Assembly (NCBI RefSeq): GCF_036321535.1
Contig: NC_087436.1
Span: forward strand, 112,346,001 to 112,410,000
Source of the DNA: Camelus dromedarius
Taxonomy: Eukaryota
DNA length: 64,000 nt
Direction: 5' to 3'
Numbering within the stretch: position 1 is the first letter of the stretch; each line of letters begins with the position of its first letter. A model generated the notes under the pieces. The model was given only the letters and a program-made list of their open reading frames with translations, was not told the origin of the DNA and made no database searches. Positions 47,086-60,135 of this stretch are shown here, piece after piece. The translations under genes and the position numbers were made by a program.

Positions 47086-49947
47086 AAGCAAAAATTCAGC
47101 ATCAACTGCTCCAGGTTTCTCCCATCTCAAAATGATGCGGTTCTGAAAACGGTGCACAGCTCCACCTACAGCTGGTACTCGGTTTTGCAATGACTCATTA
47201 CACACCAGTTACCAGAAGCATCCTTTGGGTGGGAAGGAAACAAGGAAACCTGAAGCAACTACTTTTCTACAATCATTGCCTTCGGTTACACTGATTAAAT
47301 TGTCTTTTGAACTCTTTTAGGAACAGACATGTCCAAGGAATCTTGGACAGATTCCATAATTTTCTAAGCACATTCTGTTATTAAAATCCCAAACCAGTTT
47401 CAAACTTCAGACTTAAACCCAATTTAAAACCAGTCTTCTCTCTACATCCTCTTCACCACTACCCAACTGAGGTGTAGGGATGAGGAGGGAAGGCTGGGGC
47501 GTGGTCCACTCTTTTCTCAGAGCCCTGAAGGTGGTCAGTCCTGAAACATAAAACCCTTTTCTCTCCCTCTCTTTGGGCTTGCTCTCCCTGGGTTAGTGGG
47601 AAGCAAGGAGAAGAGATACTTTTGGAGGCAGTGGTGTCTGGGAGGTGCCCAGCCCCCTTTCTGAGTGGGTGTCCTCTCACTGAGCCCCTCTGCACCTGCC
47701 TCACCCTCTAACTTCTGTTTCCCTCAAGTGAGCCGGAAGGGCTATGAGTACCACTTCTCCATCCTCCGGGTCACCCTCTGAGGAAACGGGGGCAAGGGCT
47801 TGTCTCCTTCTTTTCCTCCCAGGTACCTGTCTTGCTGGTACACAAGGCTCCAGCAAGCCTCTTGCCTTCAAGAATGTAGAAGCAAAAGCAGTTCACGGGA
47901 TCTTTGATCATGTGTGCCTCTAGGAGACGTGACATGTCACCACTGTCCACATGACACATCACCACAGTCCACTCCGCCCTTACGGCAGCACCGGGTTTCT
48001 GCTGCCCTTCAGCAAGCGACCGATGGGGGAGCAAGATGGTAATCAGACATCTCTGATCCCTACGTGAGTTTCTAAAAGCATCCACGGCATGGGGTTCTGG
48101 GGGACGCAAGGGTCCTTCTCCTCCCTGCAAGACCAACAGCCCTGCACCGAGCTGAAGGGGTAAAGCATGACTAACAGTGGTAAAGCCGGCTTTGTCCACC
48201 TCTACGTAATTCCTGGCAGGAGCCATCAGATCCCAGGGTTGGATCTCTCTTTACAACAGGGCATACTCTGTACTTCTTTGTCTTCAGCTTGGGTCCTAGT
48301 CACTGGCAGCAGAGGGTAAAGAAAAACCCTTATCAGTCCCCTGGTACACGGTGGTATCAGCCCAAGAGGGTGACGTCAAACCCCACTGTCTGTTCAGCAT
48401 TGTATTTCCCACGTCCAACAGGGTGCCTGGACATTGGAGCCGCTCAATAACGAATGATGAATGAATGAGTGTATTTGGTTCTCTGTTGGGAACCAAATTA
48501 GAGACCAGATCTGTCTTTTCCTTACATTGGTACTTACAGATTTTGCGAGGAGGCAACTAGAACTGACAATAAAGATAGGAAACAGGCACCCGCCAAATAT
48601 TAGGCGGGGGTCATGGCTTTAAATCCTTCAGCAGCCTTCTGGAGCAAGCACTATTATTCTTGTTTTATAAATAAGGAAACTGAGCTTAGCTAGTTTAGTA
48701 AAATGCCCAAGTACTCTAAGGATATTCTTGTATTTCTCTCATTATGCTTCTTTTCTTGACCAAGAACCTGCAGTGATGTTTTTGACTTTTCAAAGTAGGG
48801 ATGGCAACGAGGTGTGATTTCACAGAACAGCATTTAAATGGTAGTGGTTGCCTGGAGCGCTGTGTCAGTGACAGTGCTGGAGTCCCAGCACATCGATTAA
48901 TAATGCCTGCCATGCCCGGGCAAGGGGGAAATGGGTGGGACACCCCATCCAGGCGACTGTTGATACTCTTTCTAGCCCAAGTTAGAAACTGGCAAAGTCT
49001 ACCTTTGGCATCTCCAGCCTCCCTCCCTGGGTCCTTCAGGCCAGAATCAAGTGGCCTGGGTTTTAGTTCCACCTCCAGTGCTTACTACCTGAGTTCTCCT
49101 GTAAAACTGACTTGATTTTACTCAGATGATCATACTCCAACCAAAGCTACTTCTAGGGGTTGCTTTGAGAACTACATCCATTTAATTAATTCTTATTACT
49201 GGGACATGGCAGCATTTGTCTGCTGTTGAGGGAGGTTTGGGGCCTGGTGAGAAACTGGAGGAGGTATTCTCCATGACAGGTGCAGCTTCTCAGACCCGCT
49301 GGCACTCTGCCATGGGGGCAGCACCGAGCAATTAAATCATATGGCTAAGATGGTAGGTTGGAATTTCAGCTCCACCGCGTACAGCTGTCTGACTCAGGGC
49401 AGTCTGTGTCTCTTTTTCCGTTTCTAGAAAAAAAAATAAAAATGAAATAATAATAGTTTCTATCCCTTAGGGTTGTTACAAGGTTTAAATAAGACAAAAT
49501 ATAAAAGTCTTATAACAGCGTGTGACCCTAAGTGCTCCATAAATGTTAGCTATTAATTTCTACATGAGCTTTCTCTCTTATCTAGTTCTAACAATCTTCA
49601 TGTTGGCTTGGAAAACCAGTTACGAAACAGGGAGAACTTCATGAGGGGTTAACACCTGGGGAGGTGAACACCTCCACTCCAGGGACTTCTTGTGTCTAAG
49701 CCAGTTCCTACACCTGCTCATGTGGCCCCTCATGGAGAACTTCATAACTGCAACTCCACAGCTGTGAGACAAATGGCTATTGGATTCATCTTGTCTATTA
49801 ATTTCCCTGTAAAGCCATTGCCATGGATTGTTAGGAGAGTCCAACCAGGATCAGTGACTTAGTGAAAGCATACCCTTTGGAAGTCAGCAGGTATGAGTTT
49901 GAATGGCTCTGTGACATTGTATAAGTTACTCAGCCTCTCTGGTACAC

Positions 49948-50420
49948 TCTGGCAGATACTCTTTTTAGCCAATCCAGTATTTATTTTCGTCTCTTGTCTC
50001 TTTTTCCATCTTCCATTGCCATGAATGGAAAGCTAAATGTTCACTTTTCTAACTTCCCTTGCAGCTTGATATAGCCACATGAGAATGTTCTGGCATGTAA
50101 ATGAAAGTCTTCTGGGGTTGGAGGGTGCCTCCAGGGAATAGTCCACTCTTCTAATTAAAAAACAACAGCAACAACAACAGCAACAACAACAAACCTAGCA
50201 TACCTCTCTCTCCTTCCTCCTGCCTTGAGTGCAGCTATGATGGCTGAAACTGTGGCAGCCATCTTGCAGTCATGAGGAGAAGGCCAAGAGAATTGCACAG
50301 ATGCCAACCCTGACATTGTTGAACTCCTGAGTCAATACCAAACTTATGTGAGAAAAACATACCCCTACTGGTTTCATGTACCATAGGCAGTTTTTCAGAA
50401 TTTTTTAGTTAAAAGCATTT
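49948..50420 (+). mobile_element. LTR33-like ERVL LTR inserted in a MIR
   Basis: 'aagctaaatgttcacttttctaacttcccttgcagct', 'gtggcagccatcttgcagtcatgaggagaaggccaagagaattgcacagatg'. MIR halves lie at about 49860-49945 and 50580-50700. Confidence 0.8.
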
Positions 50421-50423
50421 CTA

Positions 50424-50563
50424 GGGGGCAAGGTATAGCTCAGCAGTAGAGCCCATGCTAGCATGGCACAAGGTCCTGGGGTCAATCCCCAGTACCTCTA
50501 TTAAAATAAATAAACCTAATTACTTCCCCCCCTTAAAAAAAGAAAAAAAAACAAGCAAAAAAA
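50424..50563 (+). mobile_element. Vic-1 SINE
   Basis: 'ggtatagctcagcagtagagc...ggtcctggggtcaatccccagtacctc...aaacctaattacttcccc'. Confidence 0.92.
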
Positions 50564-51850
50564 TTTTTTATTCTATCCAAAACAATGAATTCCATACTTA
50601 TAAAACGAGATTGCCTGATTCATAAGGGTATTGAAAGAATTAAATGAGATCCTGTATGTAAATCACTTTGAAGCTAACAGATGTTCAGTAAATGTTAGAC
50701 CCCAAAGATAAATTCTTTGCCTTTCCTCTCTCTTCTTCCCTGTCAATTTAGTGAATGGTAGCATAGCCAAAAAATTACATCAGCCACCATGGCTCTCCAA
50801 TCTTGTTTCCCAGAAATAGTTCCAGCAACAGGAAGTGGAACAGCAGAGTAGGTAAGAGTGTTGCCTTTGAATCAATGAGACTTGGGTTTGAACCCCAGGA
50901 CTGCCACTTGTGAGCTATATGGCCTTGGGCAGTTTGCTTTACCATTTCTAAGCCTTAGTTTCCTCATTCGTATATTAACATCAACATCGGAGTGCTGTGA
51001 GAATTGGTATAGAACGTAGCTGTTGAGCACGCTGCCTGGCCCCGTAAGCAGTGACTAGAGTCGATGGCTGCGCTATCCTCACTCATCTGTATGGACGAAG
51101 AAGGCTGGGACTGTGGCCGACTTTTCCTCCTTTGAACTTCAAGTCCTGGGAAAGAGTAAGCTCCCCAGGGAATCGGCCAATGAATGAACACCTGAGACGA
51201 GGTGCTGTGGGAAAGCAAGGCCCGTCCATTCGGCTTGCTGCTGTAGCCTCACATCTAGAACTGTTCCCTGCAAACTGTGGGAAACAAATTTACGTATCCA
51301 TTGTGTGAATTATTGGCCTTTAGTCAACATGAGTCTCCAGTTATATAATGGAAAGCACTGAAAATGAGATTCAAGATAAGAAATTTCATTTTATGGACCT
51401 TTCAGAGATAACCTAGGCTATTCATTAATCTGGGTATTTCCAACCTTGATGCCCCCCTCTATTTGGAAATGGCATGTAAATAAAATTTGCATATGTCATT
51501 TCTTCCTTGTAATAAAGACATCTCAGTGTTGAAAGTCATCTTGGTAAGTCAACTTACATTTTCTACCTCCTTTGACTTAAAGAAATATCTTTGTAATACA
51601 CTTATATTCAAAAACTTCTTTTTACCCTTTAATGACATTATTCTCTGCTTTTGTGAAATTCACAATCTTCTCTAAAAGATTTTTTAGATTCACTATTTTT
51701 CCTTCTGTCTTTTCATTTGTTAATAATACCTACATATCTTTTCTCAGACCCTTCTAGTAGATTTTTAAAATTTAGTAGGACATGCTATGCAGAGTGTGAC
51801 CTCTCACCAATGCCATTGCTAATCAACTGAATTGAATTATGGCCAACAGC

Positions 51851-51971
51851 TTTTTTTTTTTTTAATTCGGCTAGGGGAGGTAATTAGGTTTATTTATTTT
51901 TAATGGTAGTACTGGGGATTGAACCCAGGACCTCATGCATGCACTCTACTGCTTGAACTATACCCTGTCCC
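51851..51971 (-). mobile_element. Vic-1 SINE
   Basis: 'ggggaggtaattaggtttattt...gtactggggattgaacccaggacctc', flanked by acagctttt repeats. Confidence 0.92.
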
Positions 51972-53084
51972 ACTGACAGCTTTTAAAATATACTCTTTCA
52001 TAATGTTTAATTTTCTACTATTACTTCTTTTGTTCCAACATAAATGATTTTTCTTTTTCTTTAATTTTCCAGAACCCAGCATAGAATTTTTCATTGTCTT
52101 TCAGTTGTTCTAAATTAAAAATAATATTAGTGATTCTCCTTAATATTTTATGAGGATAAAAAGATATAATTTATTTATAGTCTTAAGTGTTCACATTTTG
52201 CCTGAAGAAGCAACCACTTTTTATCTAAGGAAGATTGTTGCCATCATTACCTCTCAGTAATAATTCAAGATGCCTATTATTAATAGATATAAAATTAAAT
52301 TAAACCTAGAACTCACTGCTTATGCCAAAAACTTTACAATGTTCAATATCATTCTAATCATAGCTCATATCATATTTTTGAGCTTACAAAAGCATTTTCA
52401 CATAAATTGTCAAACTTACTCAATATTACAAATCTATGAAGTGGAAATTATTTTATTAATTTGGAGATAAGGGAACTGAGGCTCAGAGTCATTATCCAAG
52501 TTGCAAGCAGAAAAGAGTCAATACTGACACCATTTCTAGGACTCACTTCATTATTATGCTGTAGCTGCCTCACAGAACCAAAGAATGAAAGGAATTTAGA
52601 AACCACTTGATGGAGGAAAAAATGACCACTGAAGCACACTGACTTGGAGTTGAAGTTCATTTACGTGTTCTGTAAGATTTAATTGGGTGCCCACTGGTCT
52701 ACTGAACATTGCTGCTCAGTGTTGGGATAAAATGATGAACAAGGCAGGTGTGGTATCCACCCTCCATGAATTCACTCTCTAGTGAAGAAGAGAAATAAAT
52801 AAACAGGGATTGGGAATTAGAAAGGACCTCTACAGTCTCCTTCTGCAACTCCTTCAGTTTGCGTGTAAATAAACTGAGGTCTCGAGAGGCAAAAAGACTT
52901 GTCCAAGATCACCAGGCAGATTGTCAGAAATCCAAGAAAAGAAGCTAAGATTCCTACCTTCCAGGCTAATGGTTTTCCCAGTAAATAAATATCATTTTCA
53001 AAGTTATTGTCGAATAATAGGCCAAGGAAACAAGGGGACTTGGGACTGGAATCCTCATTTCATCTGTAATACACGCGGGATCAC

Positions 53085-53222
53085 AGCCCAGCGTTTATTT
53101 ATGTGTCGTTCATTGATGCTGTCACTACAGCTGCAGAGTTGAGCAGCTGTGGCGGAAACCTAAGGCCTGGAAACCTAAAATATTTACTGTTTTGAACTTT
53201 ACATAAGGTTTGTCCACTCTTC
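53085..53222 (+). mobile_element. MER58A-like hAT MITE (3' part)
   Basis: 'ctgcagagttgagcagctgtggcggaaacc...cctaaaatatttact...tttgtccactct'. Confidence 0.75.
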
Positions 53223-53869
53223 TAGTAGTGTAGAGAACTTCAGGCTGGAGTCAGAAACAATTTCAGTCACGTTTCTACCTCTTGCTAACTTTGTCCGAGA
53301 GATAGTCTAGCTTTTCCCTTGCTTAACATCTATTCCTTACCTCTAGTAAATCACCCAGGTAAAGATCCCCCCAGGTAAGATCTCCGTGACACAATAGTTG
53401 TATCACTTAAGAGGTGTTTAGCTGTAATTAGTGGAGGACCCAAACTCAACTGCTTCAAATAAGAAGGATATATACATGGGAGTCCACGGACAGGCAACGA
53501 TGCGGGCAACGGTACCCTCAGTGGCTCAGTGATGTCATTAAGGACAACGGGTCTCGCCACGTCTCCACCCCACAGGTCTCAGCAAAGTCTTCTTCCTAAT
53601 GCTTCTTCCCTTTGTGCTTACAAGATGCTGCCAGTCTTTCTTGCAGTGACCACCTCTCCTGACTGAAACGCTTTACCCAAAAGTGCTCTGTAAACTGTAA
53701 AGTACCACAGAGATGAGGGGTTATACTGTTACTGTTATTTTGTTATTTTGTGAGCTCCCTAAAAAGCAAAGAAATAAGAAACAGCATAGGGGACAAAGGA
53801 TACAAGCCATGCTTTGACTCTTGAGTACTTAAGGTAGTCACTAATTTATTCACTCATTAGAAAATATTT

Positions 53870-54291
53870 GGGGGAGCTTGAGATTTGCAGATGCTAACTA
53901 TTATATATAAAATAAACAAAAAGTTTCTACTGTATAGCACAGGGAACTATATTCAATATCTTGTAGTAACCTATAATGAAAAAGAATATGAAAAGGAATA
54001 TATGTATGTATATGTATGACTGGCACATTACGCTGTACACCAGAAATTGACACAATGTTGTAAACTGATTATACTTCAATTTTAAAAAAAGAAAAAAAAA
54101 CTACAATGAGGTATCACCTCACACCCATCAGAATGGCCACCATTAAAAAGCCCACAAACAATAAATGCTGGAGACGGTGTGGAGAAAAGGGAACCCTCCT
54201 ACACTGTTGATGAGAATGTGGTTTGGTGCAGCCACTGTGGGAAACAGTATGGAGATTCCTCAAAAGACTAAAAAGATAAAAAGAAAAGAAA
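53870..54291 (+). mobile_element. Chimeric L1 insertion in an L2: 3'UTR end with poly-A followed by an upstream ORF2 piece and A-rich tail
   Basis: 3'UTR at 53870-54100, ORF2 piece 'ctacaatgaggtatcacctcacacc...gattcctcaaaagactaaaaa' at 54101-54275, and flanking AGAAA(A/G)TATTT at 53859-53869 and 54292-54302. Confidence 0.85.
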
Positions 54292-55031
54292 AGAAAGTAT
54301 TTTTGAGGATACACTCTAAGTCAAACACTGTGCTGGATGCTGGAGCACAAGAAATTGAGACAGGAGATTTTACAATGATTCATTAATAAGGCCGCATTCT
54401 GTGACTTTTATTCAAGGAGTTATTGTTACCTGGTCTGAAAGTTCCTCTATTTTAAACCAGTGGTTGAAATGTGGAAGCCCAAGGGTTATGTTTAACATGA
54501 TGACCATTTTATTTGCCCAAACAATATTTTAAAATAATTGGAGAATTTTGCATGATAATCCAGATTCTTGCCTTCCATGAGGGACAACTGAACTGATTTG
54601 AGACGTGGTTCTGTCCTTGGAAGCAGAGGGAGCATGAGCTCTCCAGGTCCCAAATAGTATCATCACTGTCCTTTGTTTTACATTTGCCACCTTCACTCGT
54701 TTACATTCCTTGGATCTAAAGGGAGATTACAGGCCCCGATGTGGACGGATCAAAGAGAAATAGATGATTAAGTGGCTGTTCACCCAGATTGTGACAGTCC
54801 ATCAGTGACTTTTACTCTTTTCAAGATCAGAGGTCCATTTATAACCTGATGGTAGTTCTGAAAATATACATAAACACAAAAATCTGCATCCAATTTGAAC
54901 TCTTCAGGTAAAGGTGTTTTAATGTGATAATTTTATCACTTAGGAGGGTTTTGGCTGCAAGTAACTGTAGACTGTAACTCCAACTGGCTTGAACAAGAAA
55001 GAAGTATGCCTGGAAGTCCAGTTAGGCCTTT

Positions 55032-55066
55032 TGTTATGGACTGAACTGTGTCCCACAGCTCTGCAA

Positions 55067-55104
<38 letters not shown>

Positions 55105-55270
55105 CAAATTCGTATGCTGAATCCCTAACCCCCAATCGGACTCTGTTCAAAGACAGGGACTTGCAGTCATAAGGATGGGGCCCTAATCCAACAGACTGAC
55201 TTTCTGTAAGAAGAGGAGGAGACACCAAAGATATTTCTCTCTCCAAGAAGCAAGACCACATGAGGACAGA
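55032..55270 (+). mobile_element. MLT1A/B-like LTR 5' part with (CA)n
   Basis: 'tgttatggactgaactgtgtccc...aaattcgtatgctgaatccctaaccccc...gggccctaatccaa'. Confidence 0.85.
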
Positions 55271-55715
55271 GTATTATCCCAACTAATACTGATAGGTTAT
55301 TATTGCTGTTTCACAGATGAGGAAACTAGTGGTCAGATAGATAGAATGACTTCCACAAAATCATAGCCAAGGACGGACCACCCCTTCCTGGCTCCGTGTC
55401 TGCTTTCTTTCCATTACGCCTTCCCACCTCGGGTAACGTTCGGGTGATGTATACGCATCCGTGAGCGTCTGTGTCTGTGTGTGCATGCATGTGGTGTGTG
55501 TACATGAATGTAGATTGTTTTGTTGAATTAATGTTTTGAAAAAATTAAATCTCTAGAGATTAAGCAATATTTTAATTGCACCTTGGGCTCTTGGGATTCA
55601 AAGACATTTTTAAAAGAATCTTTCTGTAAGGTGAGGGCTAAGTCCCAGTTTTGCTTTGTTTTGTTATGCAAGCTCAGATTTCCCTACACTGCATTTAGGT
55701 TACTTAGAGGAGATG

Positions 55716-55716
<1 letters not shown>

Positions 55717-55746
<30 letters not shown>
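55717..55746 (+). repeat. (CA)n microsatellite
   Basis: Seen directly. Confidence 0.95.
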
Positions 55747-55748
<2 letters not shown>

Positions 55749-55779
55749 TAAATATGCCTCAATTGCCTTGATAGCCTGC

Positions 55780-56400
55780 GATATTTGCTCCCAGGCTTCA
55801 CTGATCATATTGGAGGAGGGAGAGATGCAGAGAGGGGAGGACGAGATGGGTATTTTGCATTACTGAATTTTTAAATAAAATTTCCCGAGACCAATCACAT
55901 TTGCAACTCAGGTTGTTTATCCATTGCATGAGTGGTTGAGAAACTAAAACACATTAGAGGGAAGATGATGGAGCAAACTGAAACACTGGTTTCGAGCCTC
56001 AAATGACCGTGAGTTCAGTGGGAGTGTATTACTGTACTTCCTTAATTCTGCCATCTGGCAAGGTTTTCCATGTGATTAATGAGAGACCATCGCACCACAT
56101 TACTAGAAGGGAAACAATTCCACTTACCAATATAGCTAAACCATAATTACTATGCAAATGATTTCAGTAATGTAATAGAATGGAATAGCCGGTCATTACA
56201 GGGCAGACAATTCACGATGCTAATTGGGGTTAGTCTGTTTTCAGAAAGTAAATAATATTAACAGTAAAATAAATCCAAGCTAATATTAGGTTTGATTTTG
56301 CTTGTAATCAAGGGGCATGGTCTGTGTCTGAAATCACATTTCTGCTAAAAAGATAAACTGTACTTGCTGCAGTCTCTATCAGAAGTAAAATGACTTGGGA
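55780..56400. promoter_or_regulatory. Candidate developmental enhancer (repeat-free, motif-dense)
   Basis: Octamer ATGCAAAT 56152-56159, TAATTA 56144-56149, TGATTAAT 56073-56080, AACAAT 56113-56118, TGTTTAT 55914-55920, CCATCTGG 56051-56058. Confidence 0.4.
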
Positions 56401-57324
56401 TTGAAAATACTGGGGAACAAAATCATACTAAGATGAGATTTAGAACTTGAGAAAAATGGTCCATGTTTGAGGGTCTTCAGGCCAGAAGATAGACATGGAA
56501 ATAGACAATCTTTCATTCTCAGAGTTGCCCAAATATACCTGGGGCAGGAGCCAATGGCTCAGAACCTGAAGAATAAAGGAAGACAAAGAGGAAGCAAACT
56601 GCTGGTAAGTCTTCCTCTTAAATACTTTTTTGTTCTCACCCATCTCTCTTCTATCACCCAAGTTTCAGTCTTACTTTACCACCCACGTGTTCTATTAGAA
56701 TCGCTTTCAAATTTGCCTCCTTCTCTCTCTGTCCACTGCCCCCTTCACACCCCCGTGCCCAGGCCATGCTATGGGGAAACAGAGGCCCCTTCTTCCCACA
56801 ACTGAAGTCCCGCACTTTCTAGCTCAGGGCAGAAGTACCCAAAGTCTCCTTCCATCAAAACCTTTCTCTCCAGTCTGTGCAACCACTGGAAGGGCATGTG
56901 ACCTGAGCTTGGACAATCAGATTGCTTTCCCCAAGACTCATGTAAATGGAGTCCATTATTCCAGCAGCAGTTCCCAAAATTTTGAGGCATTCCTGCTGCT
57001 TATACGCCCACAGCGGACAGGATTTGTGTTTGTGGCTCCTCCCATCCTGTTTTTAGGTCAGATTCTCCAGCTTCCCTTTATTTCCCTGATCAACACAACA
57101 TCCCTTGAACAAATTCTCCTTTACATGATCCTAGCCAAAAAAGACCCCTAGTTGGATACACATCTCTAAGAATTCTAAGCCAGATCTGCACGGCATTCAC
57201 TGTGGGGGAGGGTGGGGAGAAGGTAATGGTTATCTGGTAAATTGGAGCTGTTTCTTCAGATTGTTTGTGGTCAGTTTCAATTTGAAAATATCCTGTGAGT
57301 GGATGCCATCACCAGCCGCAGCGG

Positions 57325-57555
57325 AGGTAGCGGTTAAGAGCCAAGCTCCAAACCCAGATCACGTGCGTGGGCTGGAACCTCACTTCCTCCCTTCAGGGCG
57401 GCATGACCTTGGGCAAACTGCTTACAAGTGAAACGAAGACAGCAGGAATACACTCCTTTCAGGAAGACTGGGAGGATGAGTGAGTTATACGTGCGGAATG
57501 CACAGAGCCGAGCCTGACACCAGCAAGCATTGTAAGCACGGAAAATGTGATTACT
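57325..57555 (+). mobile_element. MIR SINE
   Basis: 'gcggttaagagc...catgaccttgggcaaactgctt...gcctgacac'. Confidence 0.75.
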
Positions 57556-59837
57556 AAGACTTCTGAAAAACAGCTTATGTGGGTAGGCAAATGAGATTTT
57601 TTAAATAATGACTCAATACACTTACTTGGCATCTGTGTACAAGGAGTTATATAGCATCCAAAGGAGTCCCCCTGGGGCGACAGATACTCCCGTGATATTG
57701 CCTTTATTCAGTTTGGGTTTTTTTTTTTTTCCCCCAGTATTCCTCCTTTAGAGCTTTATTTAGAGCCTGCCAAGCATAGATAGGTTTGATTGCCTTTGCT
57801 GCAGATACTATGAGTGTGTAAGTAACTATGAGCGTGTACAGACTATGCCTGACCATTCCTCCCAGCGGTCACTCACACCCTGCCGAAAAATTAAACTGCA
57901 TGAATCTTTGCTCTCTCAGGCCTCCTGGCTCGGGGAAACTAGTCCTGCAGAACACGTAAGTGCTTGTCTGATGGCAGACTCCCCAGTGCAGGACCGCAAG
58001 TCTCCCCCTGGTCCCTGCTGGGCTCTTAGATGGCTTCCAAGGAAGTCTCAGTCTGAGGAGAGGTTCCTGCCTCATGCCTCATCCCACTTCTCCTAGAAAA
58101 CCTTGGTCAGTACCCGCTTCTGCTGCTGCTCCGCCTCCTGGCCCTTCCCCAGGGCTGGGATGGGATGCCTCCCAGGCCCTGCCCAAAGCATTCTGAGAGG
58201 TTCTCCAAAGGCAGCCGCTCTGATGCACGTTAACTTGAACCAGTTCCCAGGAGCTGGATCCACTGGGTGTTTGAGAGTCCATCAGCAGACTCTTAAAGTT
58301 TAACCCTCTACACAGCTCTGGATTTGAAGATAGTGGGACAATTCATGCTCTTGAGTGAGATACTTGAGCTCCCAGCTGCCGAGGAGAGCAGGCAATCAAA
58401 AAGTCTATGAATCTCAGTCCCAGACTCCATCACACACTGTGCTTTGCACTCAGGACTTCCTGGTGCCTAGAGATGTCTTGGTTGAGCTGTGATGGTGGTG
58501 GATATCATCAAGGCACAGGTGTATTTCAAAATAGGTCTGAATCAGAGAGGAGAAGCTGACCTTGCCCTTCCTCACCAAGCCCAGTAGTGGACACAAATGG
58601 TTCCATCCTCTTAGGTCATGGGCTGCTGGCTCACCAGTGATGCAGTCCCTGAAAAGACCCTGAGCCCAACTAGATGAAAGCTCATTTGGTTCCCTACAAC
58701 CTCAGAGAGAGGTCGTCTCTGACACCAGCAGGGGCCGTGGGCTCCAAGTGCAGCTCACTGAGCGAGAAGAGGCTTGGGAATAGGGGATGGTGATGCCCCG
58801 CAGCCAAAGCAGGGCTGCTCAGAAACAGGGCTGCCGTGGAGGGTGTCTCGTGATGAGCTCCCAGCAGGGAAATCTCCGCTGGTGCAGGGGAAGCGGGCCC
58901 TGAAACAGAGGCAGACAGTCGTGGAGGAGGCCCACTCGCAAGAGGCGTCAGGGTTGGAAGGCTCCAGGGAGACTTCCGCAGCACTTACTAGGCTGCGCCC
59001 TGTGGGTTTCAGCGGGGGGCGGTGGGTGTGGGTCTTTCTTCCTCCACAATTCTGGCACCGAGCTCCTCACCCCCTGCCGGCAAAGGTGCCAGGTAGCTGA
59101 CAGTCCGAGTTCTGAGCACCGCCAGATGTGGGCGTAATGACCTTTCTCCTTAAAATGCTTACTGAGCAGGGCCATTTCAACAGAGGGAAACCACCACCTC
59201 GGCCACATGCTGATATAAAAACAGGTTAGGGGCAGGGCGGAGGTTAACACAGGGCTTGAATGGGAGGAAATTTAGGTATCGTAAGGTTCCAGCCTGGCCT
59301 CTCTTCTTCTGAAGACAGGGACGATGGGTCCAGTTCGCCGTTTTACTCTGGCACCCAGGACACTGCCTCTCACCCAACAGGAGCTGGATAAATATTAGTT
59401 CAGGTAGAGTCCCATAAAAAATCTGTAAGTCTTCAGGGGGACACTAGGAGACACAGACATTTTCCACCTGTCCTGCTATACTCAGTCAGCTTCTAAGTTG
59501 AAACAAAGTGACAATCATGATCCCTTTCTCCCTTATTTTTCTCCCATAATTTTTTAAATCTATTCACAGATATAAAATGCATAGTTAAAACACTAGCCAC
59601 ACAAAATTGAACATGATTAGATGTTTAGGGAGCTCCGTGGAAAAGAAACCTCGCCATGTTCAGAGGTAAGCAGACTACGCTTCCGCGGTGGTCTTGCCCA
59701 TTCCCATCGCGTCCTGCCCAAAAAGGCCTCATATCTGTCCCCTCTCTGAATCACCAAATCCCCATGGCACTGTTTGGTTTGGTTGTTTTGGTTTTTGCTC
59801 TCTGCTTTTGGGGTTTGAGGAGTTTTCTTAAATAATT

Positions 59838-60135
59838 CTTATTTTTTATTGACGTGTAGTCAATTTACAATGTTAGTTTCAGGTGTACAGCAAAGTGATT
59901 CAGTTGTACATAACATATATTTTTTTTTCGGATTCTTTTCCATTATAGCTCATTACAAGAAATTGAATATAGTTCCCTGTGCTGCACAGTAGACTCTTTA
60001 TCTATTTTATATATAGTAATGTGTGTCCATTAATCCCAAACTCCTAATCTGTACCCCACCACTTTCCCCCCGGTAACCACAGTTTGTTTTCTGTGCTCAT
60101 GAGTCTATTTTTGGTTTGTACATAAAATCTGTACC
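59838..60135 (-). mobile_element. L1 3'UTR fragment
   Basis: 'ttttttattgacgtgtagtcaatttacaatgttag...gaatatagttccctgtgct...ggtaaccacagtttgttttct'. Confidence 0.9.

Noticed and set aside
47771..48226. 151-aa minus-strand ORF as a gene
   Set aside because: No recognisable domain, no good minus-strand donor, and the splice signals favour the plus strand.
58722..58740. CTCF-like CCAGCAGGGGCCG
   Set aside because: Mismatch at a near-invariant G of the core.
59210..59245. TATAAAA plus GC-box as a promoter
   Set aside because: The GC-box is downstream of the TATA, there is no CpG island, and no downstream exon or ORF supports it.
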